The notes under the pieces: model-generated
Database searches by the model: none
What the model saw: the letters and a program-made list of their open reading frames with translations, nothing else
What the model was told of the DNA's origin: nothing
Part shown: positions 45,692-56,159 of the stretch, piece after piece
Numbering within the stretch: the first letter of the stretch is position 1
Layout: every line of letters starts with the position of its first letter
Program-made: the position numbers and the translations under genes
Assembly (NCBI GenBank): GCA_043809585.1
Contig: JBDROZ010000064.1
Location: 1-64,000 of the forward strand
From: Candidatus Eiseniibacteriota bacterium
Lineage (GTDB): Bacteria > Orphanbacterota > Orphanbacteria > Orphanbacterales > Orphanbacteraceae
Direction of reading: 5' to 3'
Length of the DNA: 64,000 bases

Positions 45692-46324
45692 ATGAAATTC
45701 GACCCCACCCTCCTCGCCATTGTCGACGCCGCCCACGTTCCCCCGGACCGCCTCGAAGAAGGGATTCTTCGAGCCGTGCGGGGGGGCGTCACCTGGATCC
45801 AGGTGCGCGCGAAAGACCTTGCGACCGCGGAGATCATCGGCTACGCTCGCGCCGCGGGCTCTGCAGCGCGCAAAGCCGGCGTTCCTTTTCTCGTCAACGA
45901 CCGGGCCGACGTGGCGATCCTCGCGGGCGCCGACGGCGTTCACATCGGGGCGGACGACCTCCCGGTCGCCGAGGCGCGCCGGCTCCTCGGCCCCCGCGCA
46001 CTGATCGGGGCGACCGCGCGGGATCCCGGGAGGGCACGCCGGGCCGAGGCGGACGGCGCCGACTACCTCGGCGTCGGCCCCCAGTTCGCGAGTCCGGTGA
46101 AGCCGGAGCTCGTCCCCCTGCCCGAGGGGAGGTCGGCGGAGATCGGACGGGCCGTTTCTCTCCCCCTCGTCGGCATCGGGGGCATCCACGCCGGAAACGC
46201 GGGGCGCGTCGCCGCCCGGGGCCTTCAAGGCATGGCGGTCATCTCCGCCCTCTGGCGATCGCCGGACCCCGAGGAAGCGGCACGGAACCTGGTGCGGGCC
46301 TTTCGCCGAGGAGAAACCGAGTGA
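45692..46324 (+). CDS. thiE: Thiamine-phosphate synthase
   Basis: IQVRAK, VNDRADVA..ADGVHIGADD, GADYLGVGP, VGIGGI, AVISA. Confidence 0.9.
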   Translation: MKFDPTLLAIVDAAHVPPDRLEEGILRAVRGGVTWIQVRAKDLATAEIIGYARAAGSAARKAGVPFLVNDRADVAILAGADGVHIGADDLPVAEARRLLGPRALIGATARDPGRARRAEADGADYLGVGPQFASPVKPELVPLPEGRSAEIGRAVSLPLVGIGGIHAGNAGRVAARGLQGMAVISALWRSPDPEEAARNLVRAFRRGETE

Positions 46325-48723
46325 AGCGGGGAGCATCGAAGAGGGCGAACGGGGCGGAGAGGGTGGACCGGGAGCAGCGCATTCTCGGCATCCTGCTTCT
46401 CTCCCTCGGCCTTCTCATCGCCCTCGGCCTCGTCCAGCACCGGGGGGACGCCGCGGAGGACATCCGCCGCTTCAACCGCCTCCTCTCACGCACCCTTCGC
46501 GACTCTCTCGGCGCGGGGGCCTGGCTCGTACCGGTCTTCCTGCTTCGCGTGGGATGGAACCGCCTCTACGCCGGCTCTCTCCGGAACCTCGCCCGGGCCC
46601 TTCTCCTCTTCGCCGCACTGCTGCTCACCTTTTCGGTGCTCGTCTTTTCGACCGGGCTCTTCGGTATCGGACGAAGCCTCGATCTCGGCGGGGCCCTCGG
46701 CGCGATCCTCTTCACCTTCACGGAGCGCTATTTCGGCGCCCTCGGAAGCACGCTGATCGCCTTCACCTTTCTCGCCGTCGTCGTGACCGCCCTCTACGAT
46801 CTCTCCCTGCCCCGGCTCACCCTCCCCGGCCTCGACGCCTTCCTCCGCCGCCTGCCGGTCCTCCTCGCCGCGGGCCTTCGCGCCGCGGGGAGCGTGATCG
46901 GGGAGAAGGTCGCCGAAGGGAGGGAGCGCCTGAGGACCTGGATGGCGGAATACGCCGAGGCTCGGGAGGACCGCCGGGCCGAGCGGGAAGAGGAGGCGGA
47001 GGCGGAAGCGGCCGCCGCGGAAGTGGTGGAGACCATCGTCGTGGCGGACCGGGAGACGACGCCGGTCGCCGAGAACGAAGAAGAAGAAGAATACGAAGGA
47101 GAAGAAGAAGAGGAGAGGGGGGAGGAAGGGGACGAAGAAGAGGAGGGGCCCGAGCCCGGCGGACCCCGGATCTACTCCGCCGCCGAGGTGAAGAGGACGA
47201 GCGACGGGGTGCCGAAGAAGAGGAAGGGGGGACGGGGGGAGAAGACCTACCTCTTTCCTCCGATCACGCTCCTGAAGGATCCGGCGGAGAGGGAGCCGGG
47301 CGTGGAGGAGGAGTACCTCCGGGAGCAGTCGGCCCGCCTCGAGGAGGCGCTCACCCACTTCGGCGTAAGGGCGAGGGTGAAAGAAGTGCACCCCGGCCCG
47401 GTCATCACCCGCTTCGAGCTCGAACCCGCCCCCGGAGTCAAGGTCCAGCAAATCGCCGGCCTCTCCGACGACCTCGCCCTCGCCCTCCGGGCGAAGCGCA
47501 TCCGGATCGTCGCCCCGATCCCCGGCAAGGGGGCCGTGGGGATCGAGATCCCGAACCCCGAGAGCCGCACGGTCTACCTGAAGGAGGTGCTCACCTCCAC
47601 GGAGTACGCGAACCGGAAGAGCGTGCTCACCATCGCCCTCGGCAAAGACATCTCGGGCGCCCCCTTCTGCACGTCCCTCGAGTCGATGCCCCACCTGCTG
47701 CTCGCGGGGGCCACCGGCGCGGGGAAGAGCGTTTGCATCCACGCGATCCTGACGAGCCTCCTCTACGGCGCGACGCCGGAGGAGGTGCACCTCCTCATGA
47801 TCGATCCGAAGATGCTCGAGATGACCACCTACAACGGCATTCCCCACCTCCTGACGCCGGTGGTGACCGACGCCAAGGAGGCGGCCCGGGTGCTCCGCTG
47901 GGGCGTCTTCGAGATGGAGCGGCGCTACAAGCTCCTCGCCCGGGTCGGCGTCCGGAACATCCTCGACTACAACCGCCAGCTCCCGAAGCTGAGGGCAAGC
48001 CGGGATATCCAGGAAGAGGGGCTGGTGCTCGAGCCCCTGCCGTACCTGGTGATCGTGATCGACGAGTTCGCCGACCTCATCCTGACCGCGCCGAACGAGA
48101 TCGAGGATTCCGTGGCCCGCCTCGCCCAGATGGCCCGGGCCGTCGGCATCCACCTCGTCATCGCGACCCAGCGGCCGTCGGTGAACGTCATCACCGGCGT
48201 CATCAAGGCGAACTTCCCCTCCCGGATCGCGTTCCAGGTGGCGTCGAAGATCGACTCCCGGACCATCATCGACGCGAACGGCGCCGAGAAACTCCTCGGC
48301 AACGGGGACATGCTCTTCGTCTTCTCCGGTCGCCCCGAGGTGCACCGGGTCCACGGCGCGTTCATTTCCACGGAAGAGACAAACGAAATTGTTTCGTTCC
48401 TAAAAGAGCAGGGGTACCAGCCGAAAGACCGGCGCACGGTGCTCCTCGAAGCCGAGGGGGAGGGGGGAATGGACAACGGCGTCGACATCGACATGAGCGA
48501 CGAGCTCTTCGACGAGGCGGCGAAGATCGTGATCCGCTCCGAGCAGGGCTCGGTCTCGCTGTTACAGAGGCGCCTCCGGGTCGGCTACTCCCGGGCGGCG
48601 CGGCTCGTCGACCTTCTCGAGGACGCCGGCGTGGTCGGCCCGTTCGAGGGGTCGAAGGCGCGGGAGGTGCTCGTCGGCGAGGAGTGGATCGAGGCCCGGG
48701 AGGCGGAGAAGGCCGGAGGGTAG
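46321..48723 (+). CDS. ftsK: DNA translocase FtsK
   Basis: N-terminal TMs, acidic linker, PHLLLAGATGAGKS, IDEFADL, ATQRPS, gamma domain LLQRRLRVGYSRAAR. Confidence 0.96.
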   Translation: MKRGASKRANGAERVDREQRILGILLLSLGLLIALGLVQHRGDAAEDIRRFNRLLSRTLRDSLGAGAWLVPVFLLRVGWNRLYAGSLRNLARALLLFAALLLTFSVLVFSTGLFGIGRSLDLGGALGAILFTFTERYFGALGSTLIAFTFLAVVVTALYDLSLPRLTLPGLDAFLRRLPVLLAAGLRAAGSVIGEKVAEGRERLRTWMAEYAEAREDRRAEREEEAEAEAAAAEVVETIVVADRETTPVAENEEEEEYEGEEEEERGEEGDEEEEGPEPGGPRIYSAAEVKRTSDGVPKKRKGGRGEKTYLFPPITLLKDPAEREPGVEEEYLREQSARLEEALTHFGVRARVKEVHPGPVITRFELEPAPGVKVQQIAGLSDDLALALRAKRIRIVAPIPGKGAVGIEIPNPESRTVYLKEVLTSTEYANRKSVLTIALGKDISGAPFCTSLESMPHLLLAGATGAGKSVCIHAILTSLLYGATPEEVHLLMIDPKMLEMTTYNGIPHLLTPVVTDAKEAARVLRWGVFEMERRYKLLARVGVRNILDYNRQLPKLRASRDIQEEGLVLEPLPYLVIVIDEFADLILTAPNEIEDSVARLAQMARAVGIHLVIATQRPSVNVITGVIKANFPSRIAFQVASKIDSRTIIDANGAEKLLGNGDMLFVFSGRPEVHRVHGAFISTEETNEIVSFLKEQGYQPKDRRTVLLEAEGEGGMDNGVDIDMSDELFDEAAKIVIRSEQGSVSLLQRRLRVGYSRAARLVDLLEDAGVVGPFEGSKAREVLVGEEWIEAREAEKAGG

Positions 48724-48729
48724 GCCCAG

Positions 48730-49497
48730 GTGCGGGCGAAGGCGGTGCTCCTCGACATCGACGGCGTCCTCTTCTTCAACGGCGAGCCGATCCCCGGGGC
48801 CGCGGAGGCGATTCGTGGCCTTCAGGAGCGAAACCTCCCCTTCAAGCTGGTGACGAACATCACCCGCCACACCCGGGCGGCGATCGCCGGCCGGCTTCGG
48901 GAGGCGGAGATCGTCGTCGAACCGGAAGTCATTCACACGGCCCTCGCCGCCGCGGCGGAGACGCTCCGCTCCCGGAACGCGAAACCCCTCTACCTCATCA
49001 CGCCGATCGCCCTGGCCGATCTCCCCCCCGAGGCTTCGGAAGACGAAGCGGACACGGTCTTCGTCGGCGACGTGGGGAAGGACTTCGGCATGGACGACCT
49101 GAACCGGGCCTTCCGCGTTCTCCACCGGGGGGCGTCCCTCCTCGCCGGGCATAAGAACCGGTTCTGGATCACCCACGGCCTCCCTACGGTCGATGCCGGA
49201 GCCCTGGTCGCCGCCCTCGAGTACTGCTCGGGAGTGGAGGCGGAGCTGATCGGGAAGCCCGAGCCCGGCTTCTTCCGCACCGCCGCCCGGTCCCTTCTCC
49301 CCGAAGGCGCCACGCTCGGCGACGCCGTTATGGTCGGCGACCGATGGGAGAGCGACGTCGAAGGCGCCCGCGCGGCCGGCCTCCGGGGCGTGCTCGTCCG
49401 GACCGGGCTGTATCAAGAGGGGGATGAGACGAACGGATCACCCGACGGCGTGCTCGATTCCATCGCGGGGTTGATGGATTGGTTGGAAGGGGATTAA
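48730..49497 (+). CDS. HAD-superfamily IIA hydrolase (LHPP-like)
   Basis: LLDIDGVL, VTN, IGKP, MVGDRWESDVEGA, VRTG. Confidence 0.9.
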   Translation: MRAKAVLLDIDGVLFFNGEPIPGAAEAIRGLQERNLPFKLVTNITRHTRAAIAGRLREAEIVVEPEVIHTALAAAAETLRSRNAKPLYLITPIALADLPPEASEDEADTVFVGDVGKDFGMDDLNRAFRVLHRGASLLAGHKNRFWITHGLPTVDAGALVAALEYCSGVEAELIGKPEPGFFRTAARSLLPEGATLGDAVMVGDRWESDVEGARAAGLRGVLVRTGLYQEGDETNGSPDGVLDSIAGLMDWLEGD

Positions 49498-49514
49498 GCC
49501 TCCGCCCGAAGTTT

Positions 49515-50149
49515 TATCTTCCTTGGACTCCTCTTCTGCACCCTGGAACGGTCGTGCTCGCGCGCGATATCCGTCCGGAGGGGCTTGAGGGTCCTCCGAG
49601 GAATGGGGGGACGGGAAACGAGCTCAGCGGAATGGGGGGGACACGAAACGAGTTCATGTCCCCCCCATTCCGCCCGTCAAGAACTCCCCGGTCGTGCCCC
49701 GCCCCCTCCCGATGCCGACCCCCTGACCCGCCGGTTTTCTATCGGGAGCGCATGTGCGCACACGCGCTCCCCCCCATCATTCCGCTTCCCCTCCTTCCGG
49801 CGGGGCGGGGGATCGGAGGAGGGAGGGGGATGGGGCAGGCTGGAACGCTCGTCGTGGTGCGGGAGAAAGCCCTCCCATTCTCCGGACTCGCGGAGGCAGC
49901 GTTGCGGAAGCCATCAAGAACTCCCCGGTCATGCCCCGCCCCCTCCCGATGCCGATCCCCGTCCCGCCGGCCAGCTTTCAGGAGTGCGTGTGCACGCACG
50001 CGCTCCCCCCGATCATTCCGGACTTCTATCCCTCTTGACCCCTCCTGCACTCCGGAATATTGATCGTAGATGGTTGTATCCGTCCGGACGGGGACAGACA
50101 CCGCTGAGAAATGGGGGGGACACGAAACAAGTTCATGTCCCCCCCATTC
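49515..50149. repeat. Mosaic repeat cluster: motif A (49515-49560), motif B (49628-49672, 50110-50149), 42-bp direct repeat (49677-49718, 49914-49955)
   Basis: Direct sequence comparison; the 42-bp copies differ at one position. Confidence 0.85.
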
Positions 50150-50266
50150 CTCCGGAGGCTCGGGGGGTGCATGTCCCCCGCCCACTCCGAGGTGGCCGTC
50201 TTCCTCCGTCTGCTCTTTCGTGCGGTCCTCTACCGTGATACCCTGATTTCAGGAGGTTCCTTTTCC

Positions 50267-51613
50267 ATGGGCGCAATGCGCAAAGTCTACATCCACACTC
50301 TCGGATGTCCCAAGAACGAGGTGGACAGCGAGGTGATGGCCGGCATCCTCGCCCGCCGGGGCCTCGAGACCACCGACTCCATCGACGAGGCGGACCTCCT
50401 CCTCGTCAACACCTGCACCTTCATCGACGACGCCAAAGAAGAGTCGATCCAGGCGATCCTCGAGGCGGGGGAGGCGAAGGGGAAGCGGAAGCTCCTCGTC
50501 ACCGGCTGCCTCGCCGAGCGCTACGGCAACGAACTCCGCAAAGAGATCCCCGAGATCGACGGCCTCGTCGGTGTCCGCTCCCTCCACCGGGTGGGGGAAG
50601 AAGCGGAACGGCTCCTCGGCGGCCTCCCCGTCTGCGACCCGGCCGAAGCCTCGGGAGACGAGAACCGCCTCGGCCCCGGACGCTCCCTCCTCGGCCCCGT
50701 CCACACGGCGTACCTCAAAGTCGCCGAGGGGTGCGACCGCCCCTGCGCCTTCTGCTCCATCCCTTCCTTCCGGGGGGGGCTCGCGAGCCGCACCTTGGAT
50801 TCCTTGGAAAGGGAAGCCCGGGGTCTCGCCCTCCGGGGGGCGAAGGAGATCGTCATCGTCGGGCAGGAGACCACCGCCTACGGGAAGGATCTCGGCGAAG
50901 ACGCCTCCCTCGCCACGCTTCTCGACCGGCTTCACCCGATCGAAGGGCTCCGGTGGGTGCGCATCCTCTATGCCTACCCGACCGCCGTAGAGGACGACCT
51001 GATCGAGCGCCTCGCCGCGGGCAAAGCGTGCCGCTACATCGACGTCCCGATCCAGCACGTCAGCGACTCCCTGCTCCGAGCCATGCGCCGCGGAACCTCG
51101 GGGAAAGGCGTGCGGGAGACGATCCGCCGCCTCCGGGAAGGGGTCCCCTGCATCGCGATCCGGACGAGCCTCCTCGTCGGATTTCCCGGCGAGAGCTCCG
51201 AGGACTTCGACGAGCTCCGGCGCTACGTCGAGGAGACCGCCTTCGACCGGCTCGGCGTTTTCCGCTTCTCCCCCCAGGAGGGGACCGTCGCGGCGACCCT
51301 CCCCGATCCGGTGCCCGAGGAGGTCGCCCTCGAGCGGCAGCAGATCCTGACGGACCTTCAGGAGGCGATCGCCGACGAGCGGGGCCGGGCCCTCGTCGGA
51401 ACCCGGACCGAGATCCTCGTCGACGAAGCGGACGAGAAGGGCGTCTGGGGACGGACCGAGTCGGACGCGCCGGAGATCGACGGCGCCGTCTTCCTTCCCG
51501 GCGTCACCGCGAAGCCCGGCGACTTCCTTCACGTGCGCATCACCGAGGCGGGCGGATCGACCCTGATCGCCGAACCACTGGAGCGCCAGCCATGGCCAAG
51601 CGCCTCTTCCTGA
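50267..51613 (+). CDS. rimO: Ribosomal protein S12 methylthiotransferase
   Basis: LGCPKNEVDSE, VNTCTFI, TGCLAERY, EGCDRPCAFC, DAPEIDG TRAM domain; AGGAGG RBS. Confidence 0.95.
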   Translation: MGAMRKVYIHTLGCPKNEVDSEVMAGILARRGLETTDSIDEADLLLVNTCTFIDDAKEESIQAILEAGEAKGKRKLLVTGCLAERYGNELRKEIPEIDGLVGVRSLHRVGEEAERLLGGLPVCDPAEASGDENRLGPGRSLLGPVHTAYLKVAEGCDRPCAFCSIPSFRGGLASRTLDSLEREARGLALRGAKEIVIVGQETTAYGKDLGEDASLATLLDRLHPIEGLRWVRILYAYPTAVEDDLIERLAAGKACRYIDVPIQHVSDSLLRAMRRGTSGKGVRETIRRLREGVPCIAIRTSLLVGFPGESSEDFDELRRYVEETAFDRLGVFRFSPQEGTVAATLPDPVPEEVALERQQILTDLQEAIADERGRALVGTRTEILVDEADEKGVWGRTESDAPEIDGAVFLPGVTAKPGDFLHVRITEAGGSTLIAEPLERQPWPSASS

Positions 51614-54288
51614 TCGACGGCTCGGCCCTCGTCTTCCGCTCCTTCTATGCCTTCATCCGGAACCCGCTCCGGACGTCGAAGGGGGAGGAGACGAGCGCCG
51701 TCTTCGGCGTGGTCTCGGCCCTCATCCGGGTTCTGAAGGAGCGGAGGCCCGACTACATCGCCTTCGTTCTCGACACCGCGGCCCCCACGTTCCGGAAGGA
51801 GATGTACCCCGAGTACAAGGCGAACCGGATCGAAATGCCGAAGGAGCTCGCCGAACAGTACCCGCGCATCATGGAAACGGTGAAGGCCCTCTCCGTGCCC
51901 CTCCTCATGAAGGAAGGATGGGAGGCGGACGACCTGATCGGAACCCTCGCCCTCCGGGGGGCGGAAATGGGCCTGGAGGTCGAAATCTACTCGGGGGACA
52001 AGGACTTTCTCCAGCTCGTCCGGCCGGGCGTGAAGCTCGTCATCCCCGGCAAGGCGGGGGACGACACGGAAGCCGCCACGGGCGAGGATGTGATCGCCCG
52101 GGCCGGCGTCCCGCCGGAACGGATCGTCGACCTCATGGCCCTCACCGGCGACTCCAGCGACAACGTGCCCGGCATTCCCGGCGTCGGCCCCAAGACGGCG
52201 CGGAAGCTTCTCGAGGAGCACGGCACCCTCGACGATCTCTACGAACACCTGGACGAGGTGGGAGGGAAGCTCGGCGAGAGGTTGAAGGAGAACAGAGAGA
52301 GCGCCTACCTCTCGAAGGATCTCGTCACGATCCGAACCGACGTGGAGATGGACGAGGGGATCGAAGACCTCGTCCGCCGGGAGATCGACATCGAGACCCT
52401 CGCGCCGCTCCTTCGGGAACTCGAGTTTCACAGCCTCCTCACCGAAGTCGGCCGGGGGGGTGAGAAGGAGGCGGAGGCGGCCTACCGGGTGGCGCGGACG
52501 AAGAAGGACCTCGAGGACCTCGCCTCCCGATTGAAAGGGGCGAAGCGGTTCGCCTTCGACACGGAGACCACCTCCACGGAGCCGATGCGGGCGGTGCTCG
52601 TCGGTCTCTCGGTGGCGGCGGCGGCGGGGGAGGCGTGGTACGTTCCGGTCCGTCACGCCGACAAGAACAACGCGGACCTCGGCGACGTGAAGGAGATCCT
52701 CGGGCCCCTTCTCGAGAACCCGTCGATCCCGAAGATCGCCCAGAACGCCAAGTACGACATCCTCGTCCTCCGCCGGGCGGGCATCGAGGTGGCGGGCCTC
52801 GCCTTCGACCCGATGATCGCCTCCTATCTCATCGACCCCGGGCAGCGATCCCACGGCCTCGACCATCTCGCCCTCGTCCACCTGAACCACAAGATGATCC
52901 CCATCGAGCGGGTGATCGGCGCCGGGCGGACCCAGAAGACCATGGACAAGGTGACGACGGAGGAGGCGTACGAGTACGCCTGCGAGGACGCGGACATGAC
53001 GCTCCGCCTCGCCGATCGCCTCGCGCCGCGGCTCGAGGAGGGGAAGCTGACGAAGCTGATGGACGAGGTCGAGATTCCCCTCGTCGGCGTGCTCGCCCGG
53101 ATGGAGGAGGCGGGCGTCTCGGTGGACGTGGAGTTTCTCGGGGAGATGTCCGTGGAGCTCGCCTCCGAAATCGAACGCATGACCGTCGAGATCCAGGAGA
53201 TCGCGGGTGTTCCGTTCAACCTGAACTCGCCGAAACAGCTCGCCGAGATCCTCTTCGACCGGATCGGCCTGAAGCCGGTCCGGAAGACGAAGACCGGCTT
53301 CTCGACGGACACGAACGTACTGCAGGAACTCGCCCCCCGTCACCCGCTCCCGGCGCGCATCCTCGAATACCGCCAGCTCGAGAAGCTCCGGGGGACCTAC
53401 GTCGACGCCCTGCCGAAGATGATCCACCCGGAGACGGGCCGCATCCACACATCATTCAACCAGACCGTGGCGGCCACGGGGCGCCTCTCCTCGTCGGACC
53501 CGAACCTCCAGAACATCCCGATCCGGACCGAGATCGGGCGGCGTATCCGGAAGGCCTTCGTCGCGGGGGGGAGAAATCGGTCCCTCCTCTCTCTCGACTA
53601 CTCCCAGATCGAGCTCCGCCTCGTCGCCCATCTCTCGGAAGACGAGGCGCTCATTCGCGACTTCGGCGAGGGGACCGACATTCACCGCCGGACGGCGGCG
53701 ACCCTCTTCGGCCTGAAGGAGGACGAGGTGACCGGCGAGATGCGTTCCCGGGCGAAGGCGGTGAACTTCGGCATCATTTACGGCATGGGCGCCTTCGGCC
53801 TCGCCGGCCGCCTCGAGATCCCGCAGTCGGAAGCCCAGCAGTTCATCGACGAGTACTTCGCCGCCTACCCCGGCGTGAAGGCGTACCTCGACGGCACCAT
53901 CGAAGAGGGCCGGGAGAAGGGCTACGTGGAGACCATGCTCGGCCGCCGCCGCTACCTGCCGGAGCTGACGAGCAAGAACGGGAGGCTCCGCTCCTTCGCG
54001 GAGAGAACGGCGGTGAACACACCGATCCAGGGCTCGGCGGCGGACCTGATCAAGCTCGCCATGATCGCCGTGGACGAGGAACTCTTGCGAAGCGGTCTCC
54101 GGGCTCATATGATTCTCCAGGTTCACGACGAGCTGGTCTTCGAGGGGCCCGACGACGAACTCGGCCGGGTCGAGAAGATGGCCCGGAAGATCATGGAGAG
54201 CCGGATGGAACTCCGGGTTCCCCTCGTGGTCGATGCGGGCCGGGGGAAGAACTGGCTCGAAGCCCACGGCATGGAGGGGGCCTCGTGA
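51592..54288 (+). CDS. polA: DNA polymerase I
   Basis: LIDGS, EADDLIG, GDSSDNVPG, FDTETT, TGRLSSSDPNLQNIP, DYSQIELR, AKAVNFGIIYG, QVHDEL. Confidence 0.98.
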   Translation: MAKRLFLIDGSALVFRSFYAFIRNPLRTSKGEETSAVFGVVSALIRVLKERRPDYIAFVLDTAAPTFRKEMYPEYKANRIEMPKELAEQYPRIMETVKALSVPLLMKEGWEADDLIGTLALRGAEMGLEVEIYSGDKDFLQLVRPGVKLVIPGKAGDDTEAATGEDVIARAGVPPERIVDLMALTGDSSDNVPGIPGVGPKTARKLLEEHGTLDDLYEHLDEVGGKLGERLKENRESAYLSKDLVTIRTDVEMDEGIEDLVRREIDIETLAPLLRELEFHSLLTEVGRGGEKEAEAAYRVARTKKDLEDLASRLKGAKRFAFDTETTSTEPMRAVLVGLSVAAAAGEAWYVPVRHADKNNADLGDVKEILGPLLENPSIPKIAQNAKYDILVLRRAGIEVAGLAFDPMIASYLIDPGQRSHGLDHLALVHLNHKMIPIERVIGAGRTQKTMDKVTTEEAYEYACEDADMTLRLADRLAPRLEEGKLTKLMDEVEIPLVGVLARMEEAGVSVDVEFLGEMSVELASEIERMTVEIQEIAGVPFNLNSPKQLAEILFDRIGLKPVRKTKTGFSTDTNVLQELAPRHPLPARILEYRQLEKLRGTYVDALPKMIHPETGRIHTSFNQTVAATGRLSSSDPNLQNIPIRTEIGRRIRKAFVAGGRNRSLLSLDYSQIELRLVAHLSEDEALIRDFGEGTDIHRRTAATLFGLKEDEVTGEMRSRAKAVNFGIIYGMGAFGLAGRLEIPQSEAQQFIDEYFAAYPGVKAYLDGTIEEGREKGYVETMLGRRRYLPELTSKNGRLRSFAERTAVNTPIQGSAADLIKLAMIAVDEELLRSGLRAHMILQVHDELVFEGPDDELGRVEKMARKIMESRMELRVPLVVDAGRGKNWLEAHGMEGAS

Positions 54289-54908
54289 TCGTCGCCGTCA
54301 CGGGGAACACCGGAAGCGGCAAGACGGAGGTGGCGGAGCGCTTCGTCCGCTGGGGCGGCCGGCTCATCGACGCCGACCGGATCGGCCGGGCCGTGTGGGA
54401 GGAGGACCCCCTCGTCCGCTCCGAGATCGTCCGTGAACTCGGAGCGGATGTCGTGGGGGCCGACGGGGAGATCGACCGCGCCCGGCTCGGCGCGGCGGTC
54501 TTCGGCGACCCCCGGAAGCTCGCCGCCTTCGACCGGATCGTGCAGCCCCGGCTCCGGGCGAGGATGGCGGACGAAATCCTCCGGGCCCGCCGGGAACCGG
54601 AAACGACCTGGGTCCTCGACGCGGCACTCCTCTTCGAGTGGGGTCTCGAGGGGCAGGTGGACCTCGTGGTCGCCGTGACCGCCCCCGAAGAGATCCGGGC
54701 CGCCCGGATCGCCGGGCGCCACGGCCTCTCGGCGGAGGAATCGAACCGCCGCGTGGCGAGCCAATCGAGAGAAGGCGAAAAGGCCCGGCGGGCCGACCGG
54801 GTCATCGTGAACGACGGGTCCCTCCGGGACCTCGACAAGAAAGCCCGCGCCCTCTGGGACGAAATCGAAGGCGGTACCGGGCGCCGCCCCCAAGGAGAAG
54901 AATCATGA
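54285..54908 (+). CDS. coaE: Dephospho-CoA kinase
   Basis: AVTGNTGSGKT, IDAD, IDRARLG, LDAALLFE; follows polA. Confidence 0.93.
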   Translation: MIVAVTGNTGSGKTEVAERFVRWGGRLIDADRIGRAVWEEDPLVRSEIVRELGADVVGADGEIDRARLGAAVFGDPRKLAAFDRIVQPRLRARMADEILRARREPETTWVLDAALLFEWGLEGQVDLVVAVTAPEEIRAARIAGRHGLSAEESNRRVASQSREGEKARRADRVIVNDGSLRDLDKKARALWDEIEGGTGRRPQGEES

Positions 54909-56006
54909 TCGACGTCAAGGAGATCAACCAGACCCTCGAAGAGAACCGCCGCCGCATCGACGAGCTCGAGGGGTATCTTTGACATCGCCGGGCGGCGGAA
55001 GAAGATCGAAGAGCTGGAAAACAAGATGTCCACGCGCGACTTCTGGGACGACCGGAAGGTGGCGGAGGAGACGACCCGGGCCCTCTCGGTCGAAAAGCGC
55101 GTGATCGAGGGGTTTCGCAAGGTGCGCACCGCCGAGGAAGAGGCGGGCGTCCTTCTCGACATGGCCCGGGACGCCGGGGAAGACGAGGAGATCGCCTCGG
55201 AACTGAAGAACGGGATGAAGAACCTCGCCCGGCTCGTCTCGGACCTCGAGGTCCGGTCGCTCATGAACGAGCCGGAGGACTCGGGCGACGCGATCCTCAC
55301 CATCCATCCCGGCGCGGGGGGGACCGAATCCCAGGACTGGGCGGAGATGCTCCTCCGCATGTATACGCGGTGGGCGGAGCGCCACGATTTCGGCCGGGAA
55401 ATGCTCGACTACCTGGCCGGCGAGGAGGCGGGTCTGAAGAGCGTCACCCTCGAGATCCGCGGGGAGTACGCCTACGGCCAGCTGAAAGCGGAGATCGGCG
55501 TCCACCGCCTCGTGCGGATCTCCCCCTTCGACGCCGCCCACCGGCGCCACACCTCGTTCGCGAGCGTCTTCGTCTTTCCCGAGACGGAGGAGATCGAGGA
55601 GGTCGAGGTGAAGGAGTCGGAGATACGGGTCGACACGTTCCGGGCGAGCGGCGCGGGGGGCCAGCACGTGAACAAGACCGACTCGGCGGTCCGGATCACC
55701 CACGAACCGTCGGGCATCGTGGTGAGCTGTCAGAGCGAGCGTTCCCAGCACCGGAACCGGGCGAACGCGATGAAGGTGCTGAAGGCCCGGCTCGTGGCGG
55801 CCCGCCTCGAAGAGGAGCGGGAGAAGCGGGCGGAGAAGGAAGAGGAGAAGAAGGAGATCGCCTGGGGGAACCAGATCCGGAGCTACGTCTTCCACCCGTA
55901 CAGCCTCGTGAAGGATCACCGGACGGGCCGGGAGACGGGCAACGTGCAGGCCGTGATGGACGGCGCCATCGACGACTTCGTCGATGCCTGGCTCCGGTCC
56001 CGATGA
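54905..56006 (+). CDS. prfB: Peptide chain release factor 2 with programmed +1 frameshift
   Basis: GAGGGGTATCTTTGAC slippery site (CTT TGA C at 54977-54983); SPF and GGQ motifs. Confidence 0.97.
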
Positions 56007-56086
56007 GGGACCCGCTCATCGGGACAATGCGGAATCCTACTTACGGGAAGTCGTTGTAAAAAAAAGGATTTCGCGGGCGGCCTTCC

Positions 56087-56115
56087 TTGACGGGGGGCCG
56101 CCCGGCCCGTATTAT
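56087..56115 (+). promoter_or_regulatory. Sigma70-type promoter
   Basis: TTGACG-N17-TATTAT upstream of lysS. Confidence 0.65.
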
Positions 56116-56159
56116 TGAGGACCATCGACGGCCCGAACCCACCCGCGGAGGAGACCGGT

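Noticed and set aside
47071-47150. GAA-rich low-complexity run
   Set aside because: It encodes the ordinary acidic linker of FtsK.
49479-50238. ORFs spanning the HAD-rimO intergenic region
   Set aside because: They are translations of the repeat cluster with no protein-like features or clear RBS.
50305-51591. 429-aa N-terminal extension of PolA
   Set aside because: It overlaps rimO in another frame; PolA motifs begin at ATG 51592.
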